A DNA stretch of 63,633 nt, filler included, from Globobulimina sp. (Eukaryota), in NCBI GenBank assembly GCA_003354225.1. It is 22 parts of 22 records of this genome, joined end to end, with 100 filler letters (N's around TTAATTAATTAA, not from the genome) between each part and the next. Parts side by side here need not be neighbours in the genome. Positions count along the whole stretch, not along the records: positions 1 to 2,800 come from PIVH01004841.1; positions 2,901 to 5,700 come from PIVH01004842.1; positions 5,801 to 8,600 come from PIVH01004843.1; positions 8,701 to 11,500 come from PIVH01004844.1; positions 11,601 to 14,399 come from PIVH01004845.1; 17 more parts are not named here. One strand, written 5' to 3'. A program made the position numbers and the translations under genes. Positions 1 to 12,051 of the stretch are shown here, piece after piece. Under the pieces are notes generated by a model that searched no databases, had not been told where the DNA came from, and saw nothing but the letters and a program-made list of their open reading frames with translations. How positions within the stretch are numbered: position 1 is the stretch's first letter; every line of letters begins with the position of its first letter.

Positions 1-19
1 AGAAAAACAGGAAAAGAAA

Positions 20-1333
20 TTGAAAATGAAGGCAGAGCGGAATAATTTCAATGCGATGTTGGATGAGCTAATCGGCCAAAGATTGTTGCATTGCAAATGT
101 AAATATGAGGACAAAAAGGTAACGGCGTTGTTGTGCAATGACGAGCGATATCAAACGATCAAAAACGGCGCGCAGAGTCATCGAATGTGCGCTATATTCA
201 GTGAGAAGATGGACAGTTTAAAATATGCGTTGAGTAAAGACAAAAAACTGTTTAAATCCTTTGTTAAATTGCATGAGAATGAGCTGAGTATCGAAGCAAG
301 CGATGATTTGCAGTCTGTTTTGCCCAAATTCAAGGCGATAATGCACGGGAAAGAAGGCGAGATATTGAATGTAAGTATGGATCACATCGAGTTATTATTG
401 CTGGAATATATAAGTAAGAGACAGAGAGTGCATAATAAGGAAAAGGAAGTGGATCATAATTTGATAAACGTAAATCGACGCAATTCGCAGGAAAAAAAGG
501 AGCGGAAAGACATCAAATTTAACATCAAATGTAACGGGAATAGTGGCAAAAAGAGGACTTGTTCGGCTGTGATGGAGCAAGAGGGCCATAACGAAGAGCC
601 GCAGCGGAAGCGGCAGAAAATAGACAAATGCGAGTATGTGGAGGTGACCATCCATGATCCAAACGAGAATGTGGCGAAAGGGGAGGCCGAGGAGTTGGAG
701 GAAGGGGAGTTGTCGGACGGGGACAATGATAAGAAGGACGATGGCCAGATAATGGAGGAGAAGGTGGGCGCTATGGACGCGGGTCTGAGCGGCGACAGTG
801 AGCGCAGTCGCAGTGATAGCGAATGTTCGTACGATTCTGGCGGCGATGGGCGAGGGAGGAAAGGCAAGAGAAGGAGTAAGAAAGCAGGCGGTAAGAAGTC
901 GCATCATCGCAACCATCATTCGAGGCATCGGAAACATAGAAGCTATAAAGTTAAAGAGAAAAGGGACGAGAGTGGCGTTGGTGGCACAAGTATAGGATTA
1001 TTGTATGGGATGACCTCGGACTTTGATGAGGACGATTTGTATTATCGGGGAGATGTGAAACGAGGACATGACGACGATGATGGGCATATGCATGCGGATG
1101 GAGAGGAGGCGCATAATATAAAAAGGCGGCGGAATCACAGAGGGCATAGTCATAGGAGTGGCGGCGGCGGACATTGGAGAAATAGTAATAATAATAGATC
1201 TCGTCGAGGCCATGGACATTATAGTCATCATGATTTGGATTATAATTACAATCAGTTGGATGAGAATGAAATTAATGCAGATTCTTATAACTTAGATAAT
1301 CATCAAATGGCAAGATGGAACACCGGACATTGA
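20..1333 (+). CDS. Hypothetical protein, 5'-truncated, with acidic and Arg/His/Gly low-complexity C-terminus
   Basis: 437-codon open frame with coding-like GC elevation and NLS-like basic clusters (RKRQK, KGKRRSKK); no family recognised. Confidence 0.7.
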   Translation: MKMKAERNNFNAMLDELIGQRLLHCKCKYEDKKVTALLCNDERYQTIKNGAQSHRMCAIFSEKMDSLKYALSKDKKLFKSFVKLHENELSIEASDDLQSVLPKFKAIMHGKEGEILNVSMDHIELLLLEYISKRQRVHNKEKEVDHNLINVNRRNSQEKKERKDIKFNIKCNGNSGKKRTCSAVMEQEGHNEEPQRKRQKIDKCEYVEVTIHDPNENVAKGEAEELEEGELSDGDNDKKDDGQIMEEKVGAMDAGLSGDSERSRSDSECSYDSGGDGRGRKGKRRSKKAGGKKSHHRNHHSRHRKHRSYKVKEKRDESGVGGTSIGLLYGMTSDFDEDDLYYRGDVKRGHDDDDGHMHADGEEAHNIKRRRNHRGHSHRSGGGGHWRNSNNNRSRRGHGHYSHHDLDYNYNQLDENEINADSYNLDNHQMARWNTGH

Positions 1334-1526
1334 TATATATATTTGATATTGATATGTATTAGTTTTTTGTTTGTGTTAATTGTGTTAAAATATACGATTG
1401 TTCAATAACAAACTCACTTGTAATGTTCTGCTTTTTTGTTTTATAATGAAGTGTCAGCAATGCGTTGTAAATGAATGTGTTTAAAAACGAAAAACGATTG
1501 TTTTTGTCATTATAATTCATACTTTG

Positions 1527-2800
1527 TTATTTTTTATATTTTGTTCCGATTTGTGCCTGATATAATATCCATAGTTTAATATCAGCGGCTTTAATCACAA
1601 AGGTATCATCACTGTTGTCATACATTACATTTTTAGTGATCAGTGGAACAAAAGATTCATCCAAATGCTTTACAATGTCTTTAAAATTCTGTTTTGATGC
1701 TACTTTAACACACAAATCCTTTCCAAAATCTCTCCATTCCATACTTAAAACATATTTAATTGCCACACTGGCAATAACTGCATCAAATGTTTGCAAATCC
1801 ATTAAATTGCCATTATTCCAATGCTGAATTAATCCCAATTCTCGATGACAAAAATCATAAACTTGGTTGGCATTTTGATACAATTTATATTTAAACAACA
1901 ACTTTATCATTAAACACAATATGTCAAAACAATGTTCAATCTGCATTTTATTCATATTTTTCAATACTAACTGACATAATTTCTTTACCTCCGTTTCTTG
2001 ACAAACATTGTCTGCGATTTTTAATAATTTATTATAAAAAAACACATTAGGTTTAATGTTATATTTCTTCATTTGAGACTGAATAAATATTATATTGGAT
2101 GAATAAATCCCTTTTTTATTCTCATTACAATCTAATAAATGTATAAATACATTTATATTTGGTGTAGAATGTCTTGTGAATAAATTTAATTCACTCAATT
2201 CCCATTTATTATTCATGTCAATTTTATTTTTATTTTTATTCATTTGGTAATTGTCACCAAATAGAAACATATCTTCATACAGTCTCATTCCTAATTTTTT
2301 TTCATTACATTGGACACAACACTCAATAAAGGCAGATATGAAATTATTTGACAACTCAACTGTTTCCACACAGTATTTTATCATAAATCGGAATAAATTC
2401 AATGCAATTTCCATATTTTTATAAATTGCACATAAATTAAATAAAACAGCAAAAGTATCTCCATTTGGATTTATTTCATAATCTTTTATCATGGAATAAA
2501 ATAATTTTATTCCATTATCCAGATTATTTTCTATCTCTTTTTGGTAGTTCTTTGCAACACACATTTTATAATAAATACCAATCAAAGAATTAAATACTTC
2601 CACATTTAGTTGAATATCGTCTGCATTGTTTTTTATTTCATTAAATATATTCATTCCATCGTCAATATTTAAACATGATTTAATTAAGAAATTATAACTC
2701 ATAATATCTGGTTTAATATTAAATGAATGTTTCATCATTTCCATTGTCCTTAAACTAAACGATAAATCATTTAAATTTGAAAAACAATCCAATGCACAGT
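1527..2800 (-). CDS. Pentatricopeptide-repeat (PPR) protein with degenerate C-terminal Smr-like domain, 5'-truncated
   Basis: PPR-type motifs NIKPDIMSYNFLIKSC, QLNVEVFNSLIGIY, EINPNGDTFAVLFNLC and NIKPNVFFYNKLLKI. The C-terminal HW..LMDLQTFDAVIASVAIKYVL resembles the Smr LDLHG..A..A helix. Confidence 0.85.
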
Positions 2801-2900
2801 NNNNNNNNNNNNNNNNNNNNNNNNNNNNNNNNNNNNNNNNNNNNTTAATTAATTAANNNNNNNNNNNNNNNNNNNNNNNNNNNNNNNNNNNNNNNNNNNN
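2801..2900. other. Artificial contig-joining spacer (N44-TTAATTAATTAA-N44); first of 21 in the window
   Basis: Identical 100-bp spacers start at about 2801, 5701, 8601, 11501, 14400, 17299, 20198, 23097, 25996, 28894, 31791, 34688, 37584, 40480, 43376, 46271, 49166, 52061, 54955, 57848 and 60741. TTAATTAATTAA puts stops in all six frames. Flanking contigs shrink steadily from 2800 to 2793 bp. Confidence 0.99.
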
Positions 2901-3216
2901 GAATAAGTTTTTCAGTAAAGATCAAAACATTTAAACAATGTGTTCTGAGTTGGAAAAGTAAATCAATGTATTACACTACAAATCCTTTCTTTCCAAATTC
3001 CTTTTTTCTTTTTTTCTTTTTTCAATTTTTCTATTCAAGCCGTGGTGGCTTTTAGCTTTTTTTTCCAATTTTTTCTTTCTTTTCTTTCAGTTCGTGGTGA
3101 CCACATACCACCAGCTTTTTTTTCGATTTTTTCATTCATTTAATTCAACATTTAACTTTTTACAGTACTCTGCTGATCATGTCTTCTTTGTAGCAAAAGA
3201 AATATCAAATACTAGT

Positions 3217-5700
3217 ATGGGTCACTGGTTCTCAGCAAATATTGCTTCACTTTGTGTGACTTGCTCCGCTCTCGCAAGTATGAAGTGCATTCTATTGATG
3301 CCAGTACTATTCATCTTATATATATTCATCTTTATAACTATTAGCATTAACATTGGCTGCTAATTACACTGCAAACTCATCTCTTGCTCAATTTGCATGT
3401 CCTGAAGCAACTATACATGATCATTGTTTATTGCATTGCGATGAAGAAAATAAACAAAATTATGTTTTTGATTGTGGCAATAGTGGTTGGTGTACGTTTG
3501 TATGTGGAAAGAAAAAATGTTTTGAATCGGGCAAATTAGACGCAAGCAATGCAATGTATGACTTAAGAGTACTGTCCTCAGCACAAGAATGCCTTAAGTC
3601 CGCCACTGTAAATGTTACAAATACTGGCAACGCCACATTTGAAATGACAGAACAAAAATCATTCCAACAATTAACTGTCAACGATGGCGCAAACACACAA
3701 AATATTAAAATTAATTGCACCTTCGGATCAGGTTTATATTTTCATATTTTTCCGTTTTAAAATCATCTTAATACACACTACAAATATAACAGGCGATGAA
3801 TGTAAACTTATGACAGGTTTATTATTTACATATTTGTCCATCTTAATAACACTACAAATATATATATATACATCACAGTCAATGCAGAAGACACACAATA
3901 TTTGGAAATCATAGTTGGTGCTGGCTCAGATTTAAAAGGTGTATAATATGCAGTACATATAATATGAGATATATACAAATATTTGTTGTCAGGGGATAAG
4001 AATGGCAGAGCACAAATAAACTGTCCACGGAATAGCTCCTACACTGGACCGGAAACAGCGCCGTGTATTATTGATCTGTCTGAGGGAGGAACACTATCAA
4101 CGACAGATATCAATACAGTACACGGCATTGGCACTGATGTGTGGATCAAAACAGGGCCCGCTACAATTATCAGTGATGTAGAAGTTACATGCAATGCCGG
4201 CACCACTCTCAATGACGGAAATGCATTCCCTCAATCCACCGCGTGTTGGACCACCACGACCGCACAACCCACCACTTCCACGCCATCAAAACCTCCCACA
4301 TCAATCACCACGTCGCCAACGGCTATGACTAGTGCTCCCACCACGACCTCGCCCACCACCGCAACTCCAACAACGTCAGTGCCCACCACCTCAACCCCCA
4401 CCACCACGGCGCCAACAAACTTTAGTCCATCGACGTCGTCCATTACAGCATCGCCCACAACAAAAGTACCCACAACCTCTGCTCCCACGGCGCCAACAAC
4501 CTTTATTCCATCCACCTCTCCGATTATTGTAGGTTCGGCAACAGCATCACCGATCAGTTCCAGTCCATCGACGTCGTCCATTACAGCATCGCCCACAACA
4601 AAAGCACCCACTACCTCTGCTCCCACCGCTGCTCCAACCACTGCGGCATTCGACGCCTGCGTAGATTTGTGCGCTGTTGATGGGACGCGTCAGAATTGCC
4701 AGGTAAATATGGATCCCATCATAACCATTCCATGCACAGATGCGAGGAATGAGTGTGCTGCGAAATGTATCATTGAGGCAGGACTTATTGCGGCAAAAGC
4801 AAACAATCCGAGCTATGCTCCAATCATTGATGCTATTGATATTAATGATGCGTTTCTTGATTACTGCCAAAGTGGATCGTGTATTGATTATATCCCAACC
4901 TCTACGCCATCGCTTGCGCCAATCACAGCTGCACCGACAACCAGAAAACCGACAGAAGCTCCACTCAGACCAGGTATTGCTATATATATTTATCTACAAA
5001 ACAGCAAACTAAATAAATACATGGATAGGTGACCCAAGTAAAGCGCCCACAGATCCTACCAAACCACCGACAAATATGCCATCTATGTCGCCTTCCAAAT
5101 CACCTTCAAAATGGCCTACGACAGCAACGCCATCAAACTCGCCGTCAGTATACAATGAATGTAGTAATCAATGCGGCGATGATGAGCAGCCACAAAAATG
5201 CGAAGTGAATATGGAACCAATTGTTTTTATTCCATGCACAGATGCGAGGAATGAATGCTTCGCGAAATGTCTGATCGAAGCCACATTGAACGAGGCACAA
5301 ATAACTCAGCCACATTATGCTGCGGTGATAAGTAATATTAATATTGATAATGCATTCATTGATTATTGCGAAACGGGCACATGTTTGGTTGAAGAAACGA
5401 CCTCCACTCCATATATGGGCAATGCTTCGACATTAAATACTGATTTTACTCCATCGACCACTGACTCGTACAATCGGTCAAAAGCAGATTCAAAGTCCAA
5501 TCCATTAGCATTGATAGCATTGGTTATGGCATTTGTTTCTGTTTTATTGCTAATAGCAGCATTTGTTATTTTTGTCCGAAAAAAATATGCTTCGGCGGCA
5601 ATAGCGGGGGAAAAGAAGGAAAATGATGACTATTACAATACGAATGGGATAGCGGCAGCAGACTTTTCTGACGATACACCATCAGAGCCAGAGCAAAACG
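3217..5700 (+). CDS. Multi-exon type I membrane mucin-like protein (signal peptide, Cys-rich domains, Pro/Thr repeats, TM helix), 3'-truncated
   Basis: ATG at 3217 (MGHWFSANIASLCVTCSALA); the GT-AG intron at about 3278-3344 restores the frame into TLTLAANY. Further short introns, PTT repeats and TM segment LALIALVMAFVSVLLLIAAFVIFV followed by RKK. Confidence 0.85.
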
Positions 5701-5800
5701 NNNNNNNNNNNNNNNNNNNNNNNNNNNNNNNNNNNNNNNNNNNNTTAATTAATTAANNNNNNNNNNNNNNNNNNNNNNNNNNNNNNNNNNNNNNNNNNNN

Positions 5801-6000
5801 ATCAAGTTTGGCGTCTGTTGAAAACGGGTAATTTCTAACTTCGGTTCGGCATCATCATTTACTATATTTACCACACAGTAGGCATTTGTCCTGACTCCGC
5901 CCATCATGTAGTGGGATGCAGGTGCTACTGGAATTAATCCTTTAGAGATATCCAATCCGCGATCCAGACAGAACCGATAAATGGTTGGGAACCGATTGGT
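5801..6000 (-). pseudogene. nadB: L-aspartate oxidase (NadB)-like flavoprotein fragment
   Basis: RFPTIYRFCLDRGLDISKGLIPVAPASHYMMGGVRT matches the NadB signature RFPxIxxxCxxxGxD...IPVxPAxHYxMGG. Only about 50-65 codons are present; may be a chimeric fragment. Confidence 0.7.
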
Positions 6001-6549
6001 TATGGTTTTGATCCGATAGAAAAGAAAGTCACAGACATAGGGGCTTATCAGGTTTTTTATAATGAGAATGGAGGTGATTTTATTGCGTGTAAATGGTTAA
6101 TCGATGCGAATTACGAGACACAAAAAACAATTTATTGTGCATTATGGGAGTTAGGTAAAGATTTAATAAAATCGATTGAAATAAAAAAAATAAAAAAAAA
6201 GAAACAATTCAGTACAATACTAAATATGATGCATATCCATGACAAAGACAACAACGACAAGGAAGTGGAGGGTGGCTGGACTGTGGTTGATGCCAAACAC
6301 AACATTTAATAACTTAAAATATGTAACATTATTTTTGCATTTTTGTACTTATATTAAAATTGATTTATTTGATCATTTATTTTGTGGAAGCACTAGAAAT
6401 ATATTATTGTTTCGGAGAAACGAAAGCAAACCTATATAATTTTTACCTTTGTCTATTGTCAGTCACCAGAAACAGTTTGCTCTTTAGTTTTACCATACTA
6501 CCACGGTCCACACCCCTTTCTTAGTGTTTTGAAGATTTAAAAACAAGCC

Positions 6550-8459
6550 ATGTCAGAGTTACTTGAAAGAGAACAACAGAATGAAGACCAGGATGAAGAT
6601 GAAGACCTATTGGTGGAGAATTTATTAGACGCCATGGACGAGATTGAACCCAATCAACCAGAACCAGAACAAGACGATATTGAGCTAATGGAAGATTTAT
6701 TAGATGTCATGGATGAAACCGATGAAAAAAAAGCTGCAGAAGAGCAAAAAAATCGGGAAGTACAACGTAAATATTTTCAAGGTTTACATGATATTTTCAC
6801 CAACCTCGACCTCACCAAAGTCGATGAAAACGATGACAACCACATTGAATTGGATGAATTGAAAAATTACATCAAAGCCAACCAATTATCCGTTCCAATG
6901 TATCTCGCTGAAAATATATTTTACAGCATCGATACCGACAGAAATGGTTTTATTTCGCCCATTGAATATTTAAAATGGAAAACGCGTGTCACCGTGGACC
7001 AAATTGGTGTGTTAACCGAAGTCATTGTCCCTAAGCAGCCCGAGGAAGAGCTTAAAAGTGACTTTGACATCGAACTGGATGCAAACGACATGGACGAGAT
7101 CAGCATCGATGGCTTATTGGATGACGATGACTTATTCGATGTGGTGAAGATCATGGATGAAGCGGAGGAGAAGCAGGAAATGGACGACATGTTGAAAGAA
7201 ATGGAGGCTGCGGCGGAGGAAAAGCGTATAATGCTCAAACAGAAAAAAAAAGAAATGGAGCTCGAAGAGCTGGAACGTAAGAAATATGCCGAGGAGCAAC
7301 GGCGTAAAAAGGAAGAAGAAGAGGACGCTCTTCGTAAACAAGAGCAGGAAATCAAAAAACAAAGACGTGCCTTGGAGGACGAGAAGAATTTAATGGAGCG
7401 ACAGAAAAAAATAGAAAAAATCAAGCAGTTGGAAGCCTATATCAAACACGATGGAAAATCAGGTTTCTTGCTATATATACTCTGAAAACAACATATAATA
7501 CGAAAATAACATGTATACAAACCATGTTATTCTCAGATTGGATATTGAATATTGACATATTATGTTTCATATAACAAGGTCCGGCAACGCAAGCTGTAGC
7601 ACATGAAGACGACGAGGATTATGAGAGCAGCGATGATTTCGACGAGAGCACAGATTCGGACTGGACCACTGATGACTATTCAGACGACGACGGCGACGGA
7701 CGCAAAACCACCATGGTCGAAGCGGACAATACGTGCACCAAATTCTTCCCATGTTTCAGGGTCTTGCCCTGCTGCAATAAGCCACAAATGCTCCGTCCAA
7801 CCACCGCAGCGCGTGCTGGCGATAACGGGGAGAAGGATATCATTAAAGTGATCGCCGCGGCCAAGCGGAGGCTGAGCAAATTCATATATAAGTATGGCGA
7901 CGACTACGTGGACGATGACACCATGGTATTGTCGCAGGAGCGGTTGCAGCGGTTGGCAAAGGACGTCAATATGGAGGGGAGAATGGGTATTTATTTCTGG
8001 AGCTTGGTACTGGACAAACAGTCGCAGAAAGCCTATGATTGCTTGTGGCCAGTTTTGCGATATTTGGGCGCCGAGTTACCTACGCCGGTGGCGGTGGAAT
8101 TGATGAAGTTATACAGGGTGGAATTGAGTCGCTATCCGCCTGCCAAGATCGAGGGAATTACGCGGGTCATTGTGCAAAGCAGCAAGTTTAGTATCGCGAC
8201 GGCGTTGGAGTTTGCAGCGTTTTTCAATGAACGGGCGCACTCTGACTTGGCCAATACGCGCTTGCTACGGAAGTACAGTGAGAATTATCAGAACATTGCT
8301 GCGGAGGAGTTGCGGCAGATTGAGTCGGATTATTTGGCGTCGATGACTATGATGACGAAGAGCTTCCATTCGTATAAGACGCCGTTCGACATTGCTGTGC
8401 AGAACGAGTTGATTGAGTTTTTGTCTTCGGACAGAATGGGCCGAATAGGTAGCTTATAA
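6550..8459 (+). CDS. EF-hand plus coiled-coil protein continuing into a TRP-channel-like N-terminal region (multi-exon, 3'-truncated)
   Basis: EF loops DENDDNHIELDE and DTDRNGFISPIE; intron at about 7463-7579. Downstream ALEFAAFF...YQNIAAEEL...KTPFDIAVQNELIEFLSSDRMGRI resembles the pre-S1 helical region of TRPM/TRPC channels. Confidence 0.6.
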
Positions 8460-8700
8460 TAGATACTTTTGCAATGCATACAAATGGAATGATTCCTCTG
8501 TATGCATTGCAAAACGTGTTGTAAATGTAGCCAATACACTCATTTTCTTGCTTTTGTGAAGAAAAAGGTCATGCGATCTGGGTGAAACGTGATTTGTTAC
8601 NNNNNNNNNNNNNNNNNNNNNNNNNNNNNNNNNNNNNNNNNNNNTTAATTAATTAANNNNNNNNNNNNNNNNNNNNNNNNNNNNNNNNNNNNNNNNNNNN

Positions 8701-8873
8701 GTATCATGATAACCACAGAAATATAATGCAGAGGCATACGGACAATAAAATGTATAAGATGATGTTTTGTATTTTGCTATAGTTTCATACCGTTTTAATG
8801 TATAAACATCTTTTAATGCACTGACATCTTTTGTTAATTCTAAATCAACCATTTGCCCAAACTCTGTTTCCAA
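8701..8873 (-). CDS. FDPS: Farnesyl pyrophosphate synthase internal exon/fragment
   Basis: TEFGQMVDL...YETIAKYKTSSYTFYCP matches FPPS TExGQxxDL and YKTxxYSFYLP motifs. Confidence 0.8.
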
Positions 8874-9610
8874 AAAGTGAAAATTTGGTAATTTTTAACT
8901 TTGTCAATTCGAAGAATTGAAGTCAACAACGCACAATTAAGTCAAGCAAAATGATAAGAGTCATAAATTAAATTATTTCAATAACAATGAACAATATACA
9001 ATACAACAAATTTTTGAATAAAACGGATAATGTCAAATATACGATAAATAAATGTAACAATATGCAACAAATTTAAATTAAATGAGATGTTTATTTAAAT
9101 TTCATTCTTCCAATCTTCGTTGAGTTTGTCTTCATTCATATTAATATATATTCAAATCATATTTGTTTTGCAGATTATATCAAAAAATTATACGTTTTAT
9201 AAAAATTAATCAAAACAAAGTGTATACAAAATCTAATCATATTTTTCATAAAAACTAATTAATACAAAATCTAAAATTCTTCATACATACAAAAACTAAA
9301 TGCTTCCAACTAATGACGTAACTCTCGGCCTTAATGTTTTAATTAAGCCAAAGTTAAATATAAAAATCAGAATTAAAATTAAATATAATATAAATCAGAT
9401 AAACCATAAGAACCGTGATAATGAAGAAGCGGTACAAAATAACAGCATTCGTGCTATTATACGGCTGCTGCACACCACACGAAATAGGAAATTGTAAATA
9501 AAAGCTTGTCGATAATCATTGTTGACCCAAAGAAAAGTTAATCATTATTAGTCCGGGGAGTCGTGGTGTAATGCAATATTATTACTTGTATTGTGTTCAA
9601 TTGCCATTTG

Positions 9611-10941
9611 TTAATGTTTCCTCTTGTTTGACAATATTCTAATGACGTTTTTGCGAGCCATGTTATCCTGGCTTAAATATAAAATATTACTATCGTTAAA
9701 TACCTGGTTAAATAACTGATTACGGAATTTTTTTATTTCCGATAAATTGGAGTACCATTGCTTTGGTTGGATTATGCTGCGAATCACAGCATTTCCAAAT
9801 TCATTCTGTGCTAAATAGATATGAGCATCATTTAAGAGTAATTTATTAACATCCAATTTATCTGCATAACAACGAACAAATGCCTGAACCGCACGAGATG
9901 CATAAACATGTACGGAATAACGAACTAAGTCATTGCCAAACAACCAATCAGTTAACAACCACAACCAAAGAGTTATAAAAACAAAAAGAGAAACATACGT
10001 AGATCACTTCCTAATGCCTTTCCTATAAATTCTATCGCCTGATATGGCAGTTTTAGTTCAATGATTGTCTCAATAGCATGGCTCGTATGGCCACAAAGTA
10101 AATATTCCTCAATAGAATTAGAAGCAACAGCCTGTTTCCTAAAACATTCCACTAATTGCGACAATTTAATACTATTCTTGACAGCGGATAATATGTTTTG
10201 TATCACACGACAGCCATATTTGCCTTTACATAATCGTAAAGTTGAAGGGTATACAAAGAAATTCAATAATATTTCATGGTGAAGATCGGTGCCATGAACA
10301 AAAAGTAATGAAATGAAGTGATTGGCATAAATGTGTTCGGACATTAACGTTAAATCAATATTTTGCGAAACCAAATGGTTGATCAATGCGGTCATAATGT
10401 CACTGCATTCGCGTGTTTGTGGCTCATATGATTTTAAAAGATTTTGTAAATATCGCGAACCGCATTCATCTGTCATGAGTTTGTGGATTAAGTTGAATTG
10501 AATCAATTCTTTTATTCCGAGTTGTGATTCTAAAATACTGCCAACCTCCACTGCTTTAAATTGTTCTTTTTCAAAGTTGGGTAAGATTGTATATTTTGGT
10601 GCTGATTGATTGGCAAAATATTCTTCACCGAACATCACATTTTGACTGAATGTATAATCAGAATCTGAATTAGAATCTGAATTCGAATCTGAATAATCAG
10701 AATAAGCATAATAGGTATCATCCGCGACAAAAGGAGTAATACATGATGCAGTCGGTGAGGGTGACACTGAATCTTCTTCTAAATCTATATCTATTACACT
10801 TTGATGACCATCTAACTCTATTATGTCTTCATTCAAATTGCAATCTGCTAAAAACGAATTATAAAACTCTGTTTTTAAAATGTCTTTATTGGCATTTGTA
10901 GGTGTCATCATTTCTGTCACTAATTGCGTGTTGGTAGTCAT
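9611..10941 (-). CDS. Divergent Pumilio/PUF-repeat RNA-binding protein (intron at about 9927-9998; C-terminus degenerate)
   Basis: Repeats GSRYLQ, ANHFIS, GCRVIQ, TSHAIE, ASRAVQ and GNAVIR at roughly repeat spacing, each preceded by L/M-S/C-x-D/H-type residues. Confidence 0.8.
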
Positions 10942-11360
10942 TGTCAATGAAAGAGTTTTGGTAATTAAAGTGTTACACTGAACTATATATTCCAAAAGAT
11001 AACCTCGTTTCACGTTTGTTGGGTTGATAACGCAAGGGAAATATTTGGAATATATGTAGAGCATCTACCGTGTGTGCGAGGATAATTTAAAAGTATTCGT
11101 GTTTCAAATTATTCAAGTTCTAAAATCTAAAGTATATTGTTGAAACCCAACTGCTGTGCATCTGATCTGTTCTCATAGCTTTAAACTAACATTCGACATA
11201 CATCGTCAGTTTGTGAGCGCATAAAGGTAGAACATCCAATTATTCTTCTTTTTAATTTCATGCTATTATTACTGAACTCACTTAAATTTGTAACAATAGC
11301 TTTGTTTTTTTCGAAATAACCACTTCATTTAGCCACACTAGCCACCACATTTAGCAAACA

Positions 11361-11500
11361 ATGCAAGACTCTGTTCCAAAGTTAGAACCAACAGACAACA
11401 ATTCTACCGCTAGCAACAACAATTCAAACGCATCTCATCGATTTTGGAATGGTACGGTGGCGTCAAAGCAATATGTACGACAACGATCTTATATCGGACC
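11361..11500 (+). CDS. 5' end of a hypothetical protein cut by the contig end
   Basis: ATG in aaacaATG context, open to the contig end. Confidence 0.4.
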
Positions 11501-11601
11501 NNNNNNNNNNNNNNNNNNNNNNNNNNNNNNNNNNNNNNNNNNNNTTAATTAATTAANNNNNNNNNNNNNNNNNNNNNNNNNNNNNNNNNNNNNNNNNNNN
11601 G

Positions 11602-12051
11602 GATTTTCAAACAAGTTTAAGTGATCAGGAATTACAAGAATTTAAAGAGGCATTTTCCATTTTAGACAAAAGTGGAAAAGGAAGAATCGCTATTTCGGAA
11701 TTAGGCGATTTTCTTCGGTCTTTAGGACAAATTGATCCGACAGATGACGAAATTAAGGAATTAATTAAAAACGTTGATGTGCAGAGAAAGGGAGCAATTG
11801 ACTTTCCACAATTTCTTAAATTGATGGAATTAAACAAAATGGATTCAAACAAAGAGACCAACGCAGCATTTAAATTATTTAACTCGACAAATAATACGAT
11901 CTCTGCTGAAAATATGCAGAAAGTAATGCAAGATTTAGGTGAAAATTTAAGCAAAGATGAAATACGTGATATGATTAATGAAATTGAACCAAATAATTCT
12001 GGTGTTTTGTCCTTGGAAGGATTTCGTAAAATGATGCAAGGTGGAATTTAA
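11602..12051 (+). CDS. Calmodulin/centrin-like four-EF-hand protein with degenerate loops
   Basis: Open frame DFQTSLSDQELQEFKEAFSILDKSGKGRI...IDFPQFLKLM...LGENLSKDEIRDMINEIE...FRKMM aligns with calmodulin along its length. Confidence 0.9.
   Translation, partial: DFQTSLSDQELQEFKEAFSILDKSGKGRIAISELGDFLRSLGQIDPTDDEIKELIKNVDVQRKGAIDFPQFLKLMELNKMDSNKETNAAFKLFNSTNNTISAENMQKVMQDLGENLSKDEIRDMINEIEPNNSGVLSLEGFRKMMQGGI

Noticed and set aside
2845-2856. Regularly spaced TTAATTAATTAA palindrome as a CRISPR-like or biological repeat
   Set aside because: It is always centred in N-runs of fixed length, so it is a concatenation linker. ORFs ending in X...LIN are artefacts.
4231-4641. Antisense ORFs over low-complexity genes (also 395-937, 6921-7424, 21368-21607, 38638-40201, 52669-53052)
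   Set aside because: These are shadow frames produced by repetitive codon usage on the coding strand.
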